A stretch of DNA of 63,534 bases, filler included, from Perkinsus chesapeaki ATCC PRA-425 (GCA_013115145.1; 9 parts of 9 records of this genome joined end to end with filler, not necessarily neighbours in it); one strand, 5' to 3'; shown: positions 1-12,495, counted from the first letter of the whole stretch. Notes: generated by a model from the sequence alone, not told the origin. Numbers and translations: made by a program.

Positions 1-72
1 CCTCCGGTGACCACAACTACTACCACCACACCTCCGGTGACCACAACTACTACCACCACACCTCCGGTGACC
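1..72 (+). repeat. 30-bp coding tandem repeat (PPVTTTTTTT)
   Basis: cctccggtgaccacaactactaccaccaca occurs about 2.4 times, directly visible. Confidence 0.9.
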
Positions 73-111
73 AGCTCGACAACGACCACCACTGCTACGT
101 TCCTTATCTAA
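1..111 (+). CDS. 3' end of a Thr/Pro-rich mucin-like protein (5' truncated by window edge)
   Basis: Frame 1 reads PPVTTTTTTT PPVTTTTTTT PPVTSSTTTTTATFLI* with TAA at 109-111. Confidence 0.7.
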   Translation, partial: PPVTTTTTTTPPVTTTTTTTPPVTSSTTTTTATFLI

Positions 112-1166
112 CTAATGTAGATTCGAGTGGCCTACATAATTTATTTATTCGATGGTATCCCCTGTAATTGAGATTAGTCTATTCATTGACTTTGTTGCGT
201 TTCTGGAGGTTCGAATTCGGGAGTACCTTTTCGAAGCGATACATACCCGGCACACGAGATTTCAAATAAAGTATCTGCGAACCCACCGAACATCTCGGCT
301 CGTTTAATTAATATTCGCTTCTACTCTTCCTCGCTCCAGAACAGCGTCAGTAGCCCTTCAGTCTTCCTTTACTGAACAGTTTTCCGAGGTACGTATGACT
401 TAGGCTTTTGGGAAGGCATGGAAAACTTGCTATCGATTTATCAGCGGATGCTAATCCATGCCTAGCCTGCCAGTCTTGCAAAGTCCGGTAGCTCGCTGGA
501 CAGATATAGCCGACGCCAAGGAATGAGGCACCATAAACGCTCAGAATGGAACGTGGTGGAAGTCATGCTGGGAACGATGGGTTTCGTAAGATGTCGGAGA
601 AAAGCGAAGGCTCGGCTAATGTAGCGCCTTCCAGAGAGGCTTTTCATGTTAAGAAAAGCTCGATAGCTCGAACGAAAAAGCGTCAAAAAATAGTACAACT
701 TTCTCCCTCTAAAACTTTCAGCGGGAGAACAATGACTTCGAAGGTGGTAGAACGCTTCTCCTAATGTAGCTACAGCAGTAGCTAGAGTGGCCAAGTCCCA
801 ATGTGATGTGTGTGAAACGCCGTGTTGTCAACATGCCTGCTTACACGAGTCCGTCGCGGCTACGAGTCCCAATATGCGTAACGTATTTCTCCCATTAATT
901 TGGTTCACGCATACGGAGTGACGTAATGCAAGACTAGTATCGATAAGTGACATTATCTCTGATGAGTTGCCTGCCAAAGGAACGAATGCACTCCACGTTA
1001 TGGACACATATATCGGTTTGAAGGTTCGAAGAGCAGTCCGAATAGTTTGGATACTTTGATATGTTTGTCCTTGAATAATCGTTTAAGTCACGTTGCGTAT
1101 GTGTGTAAGTTCTTATGCTTCTAACTAGGTAAAGACAACATGATAGTTCCCCGAAACGTGAATTAC

Positions 1167-1649
1167 TCACACCACTTGCGTAACAATGCCGCTCATAGCA
1201 TCGGCTTCAATAGCCTCGGCAAGCATAGAATCGCCAAATTTATGTTCCATGCGTGTTAACGCGTTATTAGCGAGGCTCACCGACCGACAGAGAACTCCGA
1301 CTGAAACCCAACCGGCAACGGTGGCACCTAAGCGAAAACCAGAAAAGAGGATCGCTCTTCTGTGTAGAATACCTGCAATCATCTTCGGGAGAAACGATCG
1401 ACCACGAAACAGGTAAGCCGCAGCAGCTGCAGAAAGATTGCTAATAATAAGTGAGTTTCCAGGAGGGTATCCTATCAATCCAAGAATCAGCAACATATAG
1501 AGTATCTCCCTGTGGCACCATTTACCGATCTTCTTTAAAGTAGTCTGCTGATCTCCGTTTGCACCACGGGTCTTTCTATCAACATGTATCCCGTGTAGTA
1601 ATCCTTCCATCGCGTCGGCTTGTACCTCGTAACAATTGTGTGATTTCAT
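1167..1649 (-). CDS. hypothetical protein, possibly membrane-associated
   Basis: 160-aa ATG ORF with hydrophobic stretches; no recognisable family. Confidence 0.3.
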   Translation of the reverse strand: MKSHNCYEVQADAMEGLLHGIHVDRKTRGANGDQQTTLKKIGKWCHREILYMLLILGLIGYPPGNSLIISNLSAAAAAYLFRGRSFLPKMIAGILHRRAILFSGFRLGATVAGWVSVGVLCRSVSLANNALTRMEHKFGDSMLAEAIEADAMSGIVTQVV

Positions 1650-1652
1650 AAG

Positions 1653-2420
1653 AATGCATTAATCGTCTACAAAGACCACAGCTTTATGCCCTTCTTTCCA
1701 TTCCAGTTCGTCAAGCTCATAACTCAAACGCGTGATATCCGTCTCATCATTCCGACGCCACAGGACGTCCCGAGCGAAGTTCTGATAGGCCTTTCGAACC
1801 TCCAGAGGCTGAAATAGAAATATTCGATGAGAATTCTAAACGTTGGGCTTCAAAGTTTTACTGTATGAAGGGGAAACGCGTAATGTGAATATCCGACACA
1901 ACCCCATGACATTTCACCACACTATTGAATTATGGTAAAGAGTTGATATATCAACTGAAGGATATGATTACTTCTTGGCTTAACCGTCGTTGACTGTAGA
2001 CAAAATCCTCCAAATGCCAACGAGTATCCTTTTGTTCTTGTTCTGACTGTACATAATACTTGGGATATTCTGAATGAAAATGATGGGATGAAAACCTCTT
2101 AACTGCCTCACCATCGTCTGGTGTTTTATAAAGTCCGGTTTTCTTAAAGAATTCGAACCATCGCCAAGTTGGCATTAACGGTGATGGGCAATATCCACAT
2201 TCTCCACTCAGTGCGGCAACAAGTCGCGCTGTCTGACAGTTAAAATGATGTGATGTCAGTATTCTTCGCCGTGCGAGAGATACTTCATATTCTGGTAGGT
2301 CTTCTCCGACTAATCGTCTATATGCTCGACAACAGCTGCTGTAGAAGAATCGATTCAATTGTCCAGGAATAGATAACCCTTCTTTAGACCTGTTTGATGG
2401 AAGTTAACCTTTATTCTTGG
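1653..2420 (-). CDS. hypothetical multi-exon protein divergent from eIF5A
   Basis: ORF 1951-2358 extends upstream to about 2400. An exon-like piece near 1653-1810 reads QPLEVRKAYQNFARDVLWRR...VVFVDD*. Family not recognised. Confidence 0.35.
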
Positions 2421-2954
2421 ACAAGGGTGGTGCTACCGATAAAAATGAGAGAATACTCTAAATGCATTGTCAAGTCTTGGTTGATCTTTTCTTAATATGC
2501 AATAGTCCCACTCTTCAGGTGTTCGTGCTGCATATATTTGAGTAGTCGTTGTTAAAGAGTGTATGAAGGCTCGAAGCTACAGTTAGTATTAACAAACAAA
2601 TAGCATTTATAACGTATTTACATCGTCTAGTTTTTGAGGTTTCCCTTCAATCGAGAGTGGTACAATTGTCACATTATAAGACAATCGACGGCCGCCAACA
2701 TTCCTCAGAATCTCATCGTTCTCTGTTGACATCAATCAACTTCTATTCACAACAACACCGTACGCTCATTCAAAGTCCTGACAGTTCTGTGGCGTGCGCT
2801 TTTTCCAGTTAGCGCGATCGATTATATAAGTTTCGGCGATATTGGCAAATGTTTTGCGCTATGTGCAAGTATACGTCGGAGCGACCGTCGTTTGAGAAAG
2901 TTCATTTTGATAATTTAGGGTGTGCTGTTTTATCCGTGTTGCCACTACTTAAGT

Positions 2955-3545
2955 ATGTCCTCTGAAGACGAGCCAACTTTCGAGCAAGCTGATGCCGGTG
3001 CCTCCCATACCGCCCCTCAGCAGGCCGGTACCCTCCGTAAGGGTGGCTTTGTTATGCTCAAGGGTAACACAAATTATACCTTTATTTTATTTTATATTAT
3101 AATTTTAGGTAAGCCATGCAAGATCGTGGATATTTCTACTTCTAAGACTGGCAAGCACGGACACGCCAAGGCTAACATCACTGGCCTAGATATCTTTACG
3201 GGAAGGAAGTATGAGGATATCTGCCCTACTTCTCATAACATGGAGGTAATTTATCATCATCATTCTTAGATACGTATAGTATTTTGAATATGATTATTAT
3301 CTCAGGTCCCCAATGTTGTACGTGCTGAGTACCAGCTATTGAATGTTGACGAGTCTGGTGCTGTATCCCTCCTCAATGATGATGCCACTACTAAGGATGA
3401 TCTCGATCTCCCTAAGAACGAAAATGGTATTGACGAGGTCGGACAACAAATCCAGAACGATTTCAATGAGGGCAAGGGTGTTATCGTTACCGTCATTGCT
3501 GCCTGTGGCCAAGAGAAGATCGTATCTTCGAAGACCATTGAGTAA
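2955..3545 (+). CDS. eIF5A: eukaryotic translation initiation factor 5A
   Basis: Exons 2955-3063, 3109-3245 and 3306-3545 with GT-AG introns of 45 and 60 nt. Hypusine motif [12 protein letters not shown] is intact. Confidence 0.97.
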
Positions 3546-4215
3546 ATAATAATATTGAAAAATGTGTTCATGTTGGTGGTTAAGAAGAATATTGTCTGCT
3601 GCTCCGAAATCATGTCTCGTCGTCTTGGCATACTTATGGTATTCTGGCGCTATTACGTATCTCCGTATCTCCTACAACACTATTACTACTATCGAACTAT
3701 TTCCTGCTCCTAACTGCTGCTATATCTGCTGCTCACTACTACGTTAACTATCGTATTAAGAGATAACTTATCTTAGCATTATTCTGCTATGTTGTTGTCC
3801 TTCGATAGTATCAACTATTACTGCTGCTGCTGCTGATCTTACCAGTAGGGCGACTGCGGTTGTCACTTCTATAGTGGTTCCGGTGTCGGAGTTGGCGCAT
3901 TTGGAACCGAGCACATTTGGGGATTATGATGTCATAACCTTTATAACCGCACGATTCAGCGCTTTTGGTGATGAGTTGATTTATTTTCAATTAATGATTC
4001 ACGAATATGCAACGGATAGTTGAGTGTTACATCAGTTAACAACGGTAAGAGTATCTTTTATCACCGGTCTCGAGGTTTTGTATTCGGAGGTGGTGTCGGT
4101 TAAAACCACAACCCCTGCTCCTCCCGCTCTACGGGAGGTTAGATCGCTTAAGTGTTATTTACTTTACCTCAAACTCATCGTAAAGATATGAGTTATAGAC
4201 AACAACAACAACAAA

Positions 4216-4455
4216 TCATGGTTTATTCACATCATCGTCATCTTCACCAGTTGGTGGCACTCTAAGCTTCTGGCGGGTATATCCGTACTTATCTGTGTCA
4301 CCTTCGCCTGTTTGGGTGTAAGCATCAATTGGTTCACTGTCGAATCGTTTGTAATGAATGCCATTTCTAAAGCGAGGCCAGCAACCGCCGAAGACACCTT
4401 TAATACACGACAGAAGGTTGGGGGTTTTCTTCTTCTTCTTCTTCATCTTCGCCAT
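4216..4455 (-). CDS. small hypothetical protein
   Basis: ATG ORF MAKMKKKKKKTPNLLSCIKG...DDDDVNKP*; no family recognised. Confidence 0.4.
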   Translation of the reverse strand: MAKMKKKKKKTPNLLSCIKGVFGGCWPRFRNGIHYKRFDSEPIDAYTQTGEGDTDKYGYTRQKLRVPPTGEDDDDVNKP

Positions 4456-4858
4456 TTCCTTTATTTCAGCACTTCCCTTTATAATATTAATAATAAATGT
4501 TATAATAATACCGCGGATCAATAACATTATAACAATTGAGATAATATTGGAATATTAAATTACACAATTAATGGCGATGGCGAGAAATTAAGGAGACGCC
4601 AAATGATCGATTCGATGTGACTTGCAAGTTTAAGAATGGAATAGGCACTAATGACATCAATGATGTACTTAACGTACTTTCAGATGTATTAATTTAACAC
4701 GTCAAATGGTGTGGTGGCCACATGATAGGATCCTTTTCTGAACACTATTGGGCCAAAAATGTCATTCACTTGGATTAAATCCATTATGTGATGCATTAAT
4801 GTCATACACTTGAGAAATAAACAAGTTTGATTCAGGAAATTATGTACTTAATTTGTAC

Positions 4859-6492
4859 TCATATGAACCTTCGATCCATTAAAAGGCCCTTCACATAATA
4901 CACTTGAAACCATGCAGTGACGGCTAATGCAACAAAATCAAAAAGGAAGAACCACAGCACTCGCTGAAATAAAAAAAGAATACTTTATCACCACATTGAG
5001 CTTAATTACACTTTGCATTGATTCAACTGCCTTCAAATGGTTTTTCTGTCGAATCCATAAGTACGTACTTTCCGATTGCGTATCGCGAATCAAATTATCC
5101 AAAATCTGGCGAATCACATTGTTAGGCGATCCACTTGGTGTTTATGCCACTTCAATTTGGTCTTCCAAATCGGCGATGTGTTCCGTTTTCAAGCTTTTCG
5201 ATCCTCCCACCATAACAGCTAATGTAACCTTAAAATGAATATTAATAAAAATGTAGAGACGATGCTCACCTCATGTTCATCTCTCCAATTTCTATTTGTT
5301 ATAATTATTCGATATCTACAGGGGGACAACAACACACAGTTGATTACAGTGGGGGTAGATAGACCTCGTGTTGAAGAACTCGAACGAAAATAGGATTAAC
5401 CTCATCCGTGAACTCAGTTTTTCGTTTGATAATAAATGCATATATGCATAATAAATATATAAATATAAATATATACATAATGCAAATAATGCATTGATTG
5501 ATAGCCCTTCCGACATCGAATGGAATAGTTCGAAGAGCGATCGGTAAGGCTGGTGTACCCTACTTGCCAGAGACCTCAGCCTTTTTATAGAAAATAGCCT
5601 CTCCAGTATCCCTCTTCTCGAAAAAGACTTCTCCTTTTGGATTTAATATCTACACTTTCTTAAATGGAATATCATAAAAAATGGAACCTCCAAACCTGAA
5701 AATCAGTTCCCGTAGTTTCACCATCGGCCGAATACGATAGGAACAGCCCTAAAGGAGATAAATATCACATCCTCCACGCCAATTGCAGCACTTTCGAATG
5801 AGCGAGTAGAACTGGCCGCGGTCCGTAAACAACATCAATACACTTTATAAAGTTTTAATTCATACTTGGTTATTCCTACCATCCGCAATCGTATACTATA
5901 CAGAGGAAGATACGCTTACAAGTGTTGAGTTCTCTAGACATATATGTAGAACCCCAACTGTGAACCCACGAATGATGGGAGAAGGATAGAAGAACCGATG
6001 GCCAGGTAGGAAAATTTGTTCGATCTGGTGACAACAAACTGGCGAAAAAAAACCATCTCGCGAATCGAGAGACGGACGTTATTGGATTTCATGTCATTTA
6101 TGAACATATTAAAACTTTAATAACTTTCGTAGTAATTTATTCTGTTTTAATATCTCCCGCTTTCCCCGCGTGAATATATAACCTCTCAGTAGCTGTCCTG
6201 GTATGGTGACGTCTTCTGTAAACTCTTGTATGGAATTAGGATTCACTGTAAATGTCATCATCATATTCGGATGGAAGTCTAACTTATAACCGACTAACTA
6301 TTTGATCCTATTTGTTCCCAAACCTTCCAAGTGTGCCTCCCAGTCATGATAGAAATCACCCTCTCCTCCTCCTTCTCCATCTAAGCCAATATCATGACGA
6401 CCATAATACCTAAAAAGGCACACCTGAATCCCTCTAAAAGCGGCGGCGGCGGCCTCGAGAAATACGGAGAAGGAATAAATGTCTTGTTCCAT
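4859..6492 (-). CDS. p24/emp24/TMED family GOLD-domain cargo receptor
   Basis: Spliced model gives ...MTFTVNPNSIQEFTEDV...LLRG|LFLSY...TDFQ|ILNPKGEVFFEKR...GK|YRIIITNRNW..|VTLAVMVGG..coiled coil..STYLWIRQKNHLKAVESMQS|RVLWFFLFDFVALAVTAWFQVYYVKGLLMDRRFI*, the typical GOLD + coiled coil + TM + short tail. Start codon uncertain. Confidence 0.8.
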
Positions 6493-6569
6493 TCTGGATT
6501 GATCTAACTTTCGTACAAACGTGCGGATAGACTTGTAGTAATAAATTGTCGCAGTTGATCACTTATTTA

Positions 6570-7127
6570 TCCCAAAGAAAAGGAACAGCAACCTGTTCAT
6601 ACAAGAATGTAAGTTGCATGTCATGACGGACTACTCGCACTAGTATCATCATCATCATGGTGGTGGTGGTGTACGGTGACGACCACACGTAAGCTGCTTA
6701 CCGGTCTTCATCTTCCTCATTGTTAAAACGATGATTCTCATCTTGCCTGGAAGCATATTGGAAATATCGAGTAAATAGAAACTGCTACTGCTGCTGCTGC
6801 AGTACTCACCTGTCTTCTATTGAATCTGAGTGGTCCCCCATAACACCGCCAACCATACCACCACCACCCAACAACAACTGTGGGGAGAGCGGAGAGGATT
6901 AACACGCAAATAGTTATCTTGTTTATCTTTACCATCCTCGACGTTAGTGTCATAGCCGTTGTTGTTCTCAGTCGTTCTTTATAACCATTAAACCCTCCGA
7001 AGACCATCAAATAGTAGATGATGACGACGACGACCTTCATTGTGCTAAATGGCGGCAATCTGCTAATTTGGAGAACTCGTGCCCGACTCTGACCATAAAA
7101 GTAACCCAACAACACATCGATAACCAC
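6570..7127 (-). CDS. hypothetical multi-exon membrane protein (partial model)
   Basis: Hydrophobic ORF 6738-7127 plus exon-like pieces with GT/AG borders; family not recognised. Confidence 0.3.
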
Positions 7128-8340
7128 AATAATAATAATAATAACCTGACCTTAATGGAGAGGTGAACAGCAGAAGCAGCAGCTGATGATGATGACTGAT
7201 GATGACTCCCTTATATATTAGGCCAGGTAGCATAGATGTTTATCGAGACGTGCTCATAAGTTGAGTGGCGTATAGGTAATATAAAGCAGGGGGAGTGAGA
7301 CCGAGGGAAGTTGGGATGGAGTTGGGCATCCGTAAGTCATGTACAATGTCATCATTTCAGGGTAACTAAGCTTACCCTCCTCCTCTGATGTGGAGGAGGA
7401 GGAATAACCATCCTATTAACAACCACAAGCAAGCTTACCATGCTAATATTGTGCATGGTATCGACTTAGTTAATTGGTTAACCCAGTCCATTCAGCAATG
7501 ATACCACCATTCATCATACTCGCAATGGCGTATCAACCGAACAGTACAATATCGTAGTCCCTCAAGTTGCTATATTACGACCATCAACGAGCTAGCGTCA
7601 TCCCCATCACTCTTAACATCATCGATTCTAACCATTGGTAACCAACTACCCAGGGGAGGGGTAATCCTACAGACATCGTCTACCAATAATACGACAACGA
7701 ATGATGAAAATATAATATCGAGTGTCAAGGTAATTAAACTGTTATTGAACTCAAAAAGAGGTATGACTATTGGAAACTTGGTATGACAATGACTACGATA
7801 ATATCGACGACGACAACGACGACTGGCACGGAATACATTTTCCGATGATTGTCGTTGAAAACAATTACAATAGTATTGAGAGTTGTAAATATTTGTCAAA
7901 AACCGTTAAATGGTTCGACGAAAAGTACAGCAATCAATTAGGAAAAATCCGCAACTCACCACCACCATCACCACGAGAATGTCGAATAACAATAATCAAC
8001 GCTATGGACATATAAAATGTGGATATTAGAAGGCCGATGACGATTTAGTAACAGCAGCAGCATCAACAGTAACAGTAAAACTCTAGGGAGCAAACTTTGA
8101 TCCTTCGAACTCGGGATTTAATATTTCGTTTATCCAAAAAATATACCCGATGAAAACTACATCGTTACCGTCATCGCCAATCATCGTCGCCTCATAAGCA
8201 ACCGTCATTTTAATTAATCCGATGATGGTGTTTGGGAAATGACAGCATCAACAACAACTACTTTGAACGAGGCTTCACAGCACCATCAAAAGCCGAGGGT
8301 TCTGATAACAATGATAGAGTCAGTGAGAACAGCAGCTAGC

Positions 8341-9707
8341 TCAAATCCTACCCTTTTCAACCTCAGCAACGGCCTTCTTGGCGGGGGCGGCAGTCTCGCC
8401 CTTCTTGGCAGGGGCGGCGGCCTCGGCCTTCTTGGCAGGGGCGGCAGTCTCGGCCTTCTTGGCAGGGGCGGCGGCCTCGGCCTTCTTGGCAGGGGCGGCA
8501 GTCTCGGCCTTCTTGGCGGGGGCGGCGACCTCGGCCTTCTTGGCGGGGGCGGCGACCTCGGCCTTCTTGGCAGGGGCGGCAGTCTCGGCCTTCTTGGCAG
8601 GGGCGGCGGCCTCGGTTTCTGCATTCTCAGACTTCATAGGGGCTTCATCAGTAGTAGCTACCAAAACACATCCACTCTGATTAACCTTTATAATGCTGAT
8701 TACCTTTAGCAGAGCTGCGGTTGCTACGATTGCGACGAGTGTTCTTACGAGCCTTCTTCTTAGAAGCAGCGGCCTCGTCAACCTGGTCAGCGGCGGCGTC
8801 GGCGGGAGTGGTGGCCTTCTTCTCCTTAATAGCGGCAATATCGGCCTTGGTGGCGATTGGTACACGACTAGAATAAGACAATCAAACTACAACTTACTGA
8901 CGGAGGAGGACCGGCGGCGGCTTACGTATTTCTGGGGCGTCTACTGACGGTAGACTTATCAATGAGTCCCTTAGGGTGAGTAATAGTCACAACAAGGAAT
9001 GGAACAATACGAGTCGCAATGACGGTCTGATGATGATAATAAAGGTCAGCAAATACCCAGGCTTCTTACTTCGTGTGTTTCATCAACACTAACGTATTCA
9101 TCATTAACATCTGTAGAACCAAGTTCAACCTAACTCATAATTCATTATCAATTCATAATAACACCTTGACACTTACATCCTGTTCAAGATCAGGTATCAT
9201 CCTATTGATCATCTCAGAAACAATAACTGCCTTGGCAATGGCCGGACCTACAAATGATAATGATAAGCAACAACAACAACAACTACCCTCATTACTGCTG
9301 TTGCTTACCTCTGGCCATGACTTTAATCTCGGGAATACCTTCGGTGGTATCAAGCAACTTCCTAACTCCTTCTTTAACAAACAATCCAACACCACCAGAA
9401 ACGGTAATACGAACTTCATGAGCAAGAGCTTGCTACAACAACAAAAAGGAAGATAAATAATAATAAACAGCAAGTCTTTTAAACTTACATCGTCCTTCTC
9501 CTCCCTGTTCCTCTGCACTCTTCTATATCTCTTAGAAGGGTTCAAAGCAGCAGTGGGCTCAGCCTTCGCCACTGGCGAAGTGACAACCTTCTCTGTGACA
9601 CCGGTTGATTGAGCTTCAGGCACGACGGTTGCAACCTTCTTCTCGGGGGTTGAAGGCGCAGCTGCCTCAGCCGCGGCTGGCTTAGTATTTTCAGTGCTTA
9701 CTGTCAT
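8341..9707 (-). CDS. Alba (Rpp25-type) domain protein with C-terminal PAKK repeat tail (Alba-A)
   Basis: Spliced exons give HEVRITVSGG...IKVMARG|PAIAKAVIVSEMINRMIPDLEQDV..ELGSTDV..TRIVPFLVVTI, an Alba fold signature. These are followed by a basic linker and nine AAPAKKxxx units, with stop at 8341. Confidence 0.85.
8365..8607 (-). repeat. 27-bp coding tandem repeat x9 (AAPAKKAE[T/V/A])
   Basis: Directly visible period of 27 nt. Confidence 0.95.
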
Positions 9708-9871
9708 TGATTATTATGTAAAACAATATTTATCGATTAACAATCTAGCACAATAATCACCGCCATAAACTCACCCCATCAAAATCGTGTACGAATCAAC
9801 CTAAGATCCGTACGATCCCACAACTACTAGCTCAACATTGTGCTCGAGGATATCACTTAATAATCGATCAT

Positions 9872-9882
9872 CTAGGCGAGCG
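9872..9882. promoter_or_regulatory. CTAGGCGAGCG motif upstream of Alba-A
   Basis: The same core recurs upstream of Alba-B, Alba-C and the 59475 mucin gene. Confidence 0.4.
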
Positions 9883-10118
9883 CTACTTCAAAAAAGCACC
9901 TTGCCAATTCCCACTACTCAAACACAACAATAGGTTAACCGGGTAGTTGTTTTCGAGTCAGAATCCTTCTACAACATTAATCTTCTCTTGATTTAGTCTT
10001 ACCACTTTGTGGTGACTTTGGTATACACTACTACGCTTCACACATAATAGAGAACCAAAAACAACAAGAAGATAAAATAAAATAATAATTGATTCTGAAC
10101 TTAACTAATAAAAGCACC

Positions 10119-11061
10119 TTAGGCGCCGACTTGTGGAGCTTCGGAGTTAACCTTCCCATTATCTGATACAAAAACCGTAAAATTGCGTTGCAAACATAAA
10201 CCCTTACCTTGCTCCTTCTTGCCCCCTTTGTTTCTACGGCGACGATCACGGCGCTGTTTCTTGACGGCAGAGTCGTCCTCTGTGGTGGAATCTGTATTAA
10301 GCAATACTTCCACAAACAAGTGACGTGCCTACCAGCACCGGCCTTCACAGGCGTGACTTCGACTGGCTTCGTTGGAGCATTCTTCCTATTCCTTGGACGG
10401 AAACGGTACCCCGATCGGCCAGCTGGACGACCCGAACGATAGCTTGGAGGCTCGGCGAGCACCGGACGCCTAAAATACGGTAAGTGAAGAACCGGAGAAC
10501 AAAGGTTATCTGACTTGATAAACTGGTGCTCTTTGACATCCTCTTCTTTAATTTCTTTACTGGCTCTTAAAGTGACGACCAAAGATGGCACAATGCGGAC
10601 TTGAGTCACATTGGTAACATCATCATCGTGTTCACCAACTGGCTCGAACACGTCCTCAACATCACTTGAACCAAGTTCCACCTGAACAAAAGACACCTGA
10701 CAACTCTAGTAAAGATCCTCCCACCTCTTGAGACAAAGAGGGGATACGACGGCTTAGAATCTCCGACACAATCACAGCCTTGGCAATGGCAGTACCTAAC
10801 AATACAAATAACTAACTTGATAGAGCCAAGGTCCAACCTCTAGCCATTATCCTGATCTCTTTGGTAGCAGTATGCTTCTCTGAACCAATAAAGTGTTCAA
10901 TGGCCTCATCAACAAAGGCATTAACACGACCCATGGAAGTGACTCTCACTTCCGTCACGCCGTCCTAAACATCAACAGTAGCCAAATGGAGAAGGGGTAC
11001 AAGATACCTCAGGAGCGGCTAAAGTTGGGCTCTTCTGCACACGTCGGAACTTGGTAACCAT
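10119..11061 (-). CDS. Alba (Rpp25-type) domain protein with Arg/Lys-rich tail (Alba-B)
   Basis: MVTKFRRVQKS..|DGVTEVRVTSMGRVNAFVDEAI..IRIMARG|TAIAKAVIVSEILSRRIPSLSQEV|ELGSSDVEDVFEP..QVRIVPSLVVTL; tail includes KKQRRDRRRRNKGGKK and ends APQVGA*. Confidence 0.85.
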
Positions 11062-11133
11062 TTAAGTAGCTGGGCAGACAAGAATCTAATAAATAAACAG
11101 TTACAAGCAAACTAAATACGATCACAATCTCGT

Positions 11134-11158
11134 GCGATCGGAAGACGCGCTCGCCCAG
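11134..11158. promoter_or_regulatory. GCGATCG and CGCTCGCCCAG motifs upstream of Alba-B
   Basis: GCGATCG at 11134-11140; CGCTCGCCCAG at 11148-11158. Confidence 0.4.
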
Positions 11159-11452
11159 AAATCATTACAAATGAAACGGCCAAAAGAATCTTCAGAGTGC
11201 GCAACCCGTCGAAACGAAGATACTTTCTGATTAAAGAACACAACTGACTGGATAATAATTGACAATCGTTAAATTGGTGAAAGCGTCGCAGTACGTAGTG
11301 ACGCGTGACTAGCCACTCGGCGGCTTGATAATATCACTTAGGATGTGCTGCTGATCACCGAATACCTCCCTTTAGCGAGGATTCAACCACCAGCTGAATG
11401 ACATCTAAAGATGCAGTAATAAAATTCAATTAACTAACAGCATTCCTACAAC

Positions 11453-12336
11453 TTAAGCTGCGACCTTGTTCTCATTCTCCTTCTTTCCGCTTTCCTTATT
11501 CTTCTCATCTAAAGAACAACATGCATTGAGGAATCACAAATAGTAAAACCCTCACTTTTAGTAGCTTCTCCGGATTTACCACGAGGACGATCGCTGCTAC
11601 GGCGACCACCACGACCTGAAATAATGTAAACGAAGACACCAAGGGACTTGCCTACCTTTGCCTTTGCCGCCCTTTCCTTTTCCACCTCCACGGCGACGTC
11701 CTTCACCGACAAGCTCTGGACGTCTGAGAAAGAAATTAAATTTAAAACGGTGTAAAAGTTAAAGGTTATCTACTCAACGAACTCATCGGGTTTAATAGCA
11801 TCTTTCTTGACCGCCTTGGTAGCCGTCAAAGTGATAACCAGGTAAGGTACAATACGAACCTGTTTTACCTGTTGAAAAAGAAGTGTGATAGTTATAATTT
11901 TGCATATGTCTTATTACATGTTCTTTTTCTTCATCATTAACAGGTTCATATTCCTCCTCGACATCGTTGCTACCAAGATCAACACTTTGCTTCAACCCAG
12001 GTATACGGCGAACGAGGATCTCCGAGACAATAACCGCCTTGGAGATCGCTCCACCTGAAATACGAAAATTCTATCAGAAATTGCACGTCATTGTTTACCT
12101 CTGGACATGATCTTGACGCTTTTACAGGCCTTGTGTTCTTCATCATCACCGAGGAACCAATGAATAGCTTCATCGACGAAGTTATTAACACGTCCAATTG
12201 AGGTAATACGAACCTCCCCATCTGCAGCCTGAAAACTATAAGTCTAAAACAGTTGGATTGTAAGATATTAAATAAGGCTCACCTCAGCTTTTTCAGTGGT
12301 CTTCTCAACACGACGATAAGTGGAACCAGTTACCAT
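11453..12336 (-). CDS. Alba (Rpp25-type) domain protein with Gly/Arg/Lys (RGG-like) tail (Alba-C)
   Basis: MVTGSTYRRVEK..|GEVRITSIGRVNNFVDEAI..VKIMSRG|AISKAVIVSEILVRRIPGLKQSVDLGSNDVEEEYEP..QVRIVPYLVITL; tail GRRRGGGKGKGGKGKGRGGRR..NKVAA*. Confidence 0.88.
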
Positions 12337-12495
12337 TTAGAACTTGGATATAATAGAACCCTAAATACAGAGGTATCAAACTCAACCTAAAGATACGCTT
12401 CATCAAAGAATAGATCCTTTCGAAATGACATAGTCTTAGATATAACTACAACTCTACCGAATACCTTAACAAGAGGACCAAAACAGGAACGCGCT

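Noticed and set aside
3302-3631. Minus-strand ORF overlapping eIF5A
   Set aside because: Antisense shadow of a conserved coding exon; no independent signal.
6640-7210. (CAT)n, (GGT)n, (TAA)n, (GAT)n and (CAG)n runs
   Set aside because: Ordinary trinucleotide microsatellites common throughout introns and intergenic DNA here.
8239-8709. Gly/Leu-, Pro/Arg- and Ala-rich ORFs overlapping the Alba-A repeat
   Set aside because: Alternative-frame and antisense shadows of the 27-bp repeat; only the PAKK frame splices to the Alba core.
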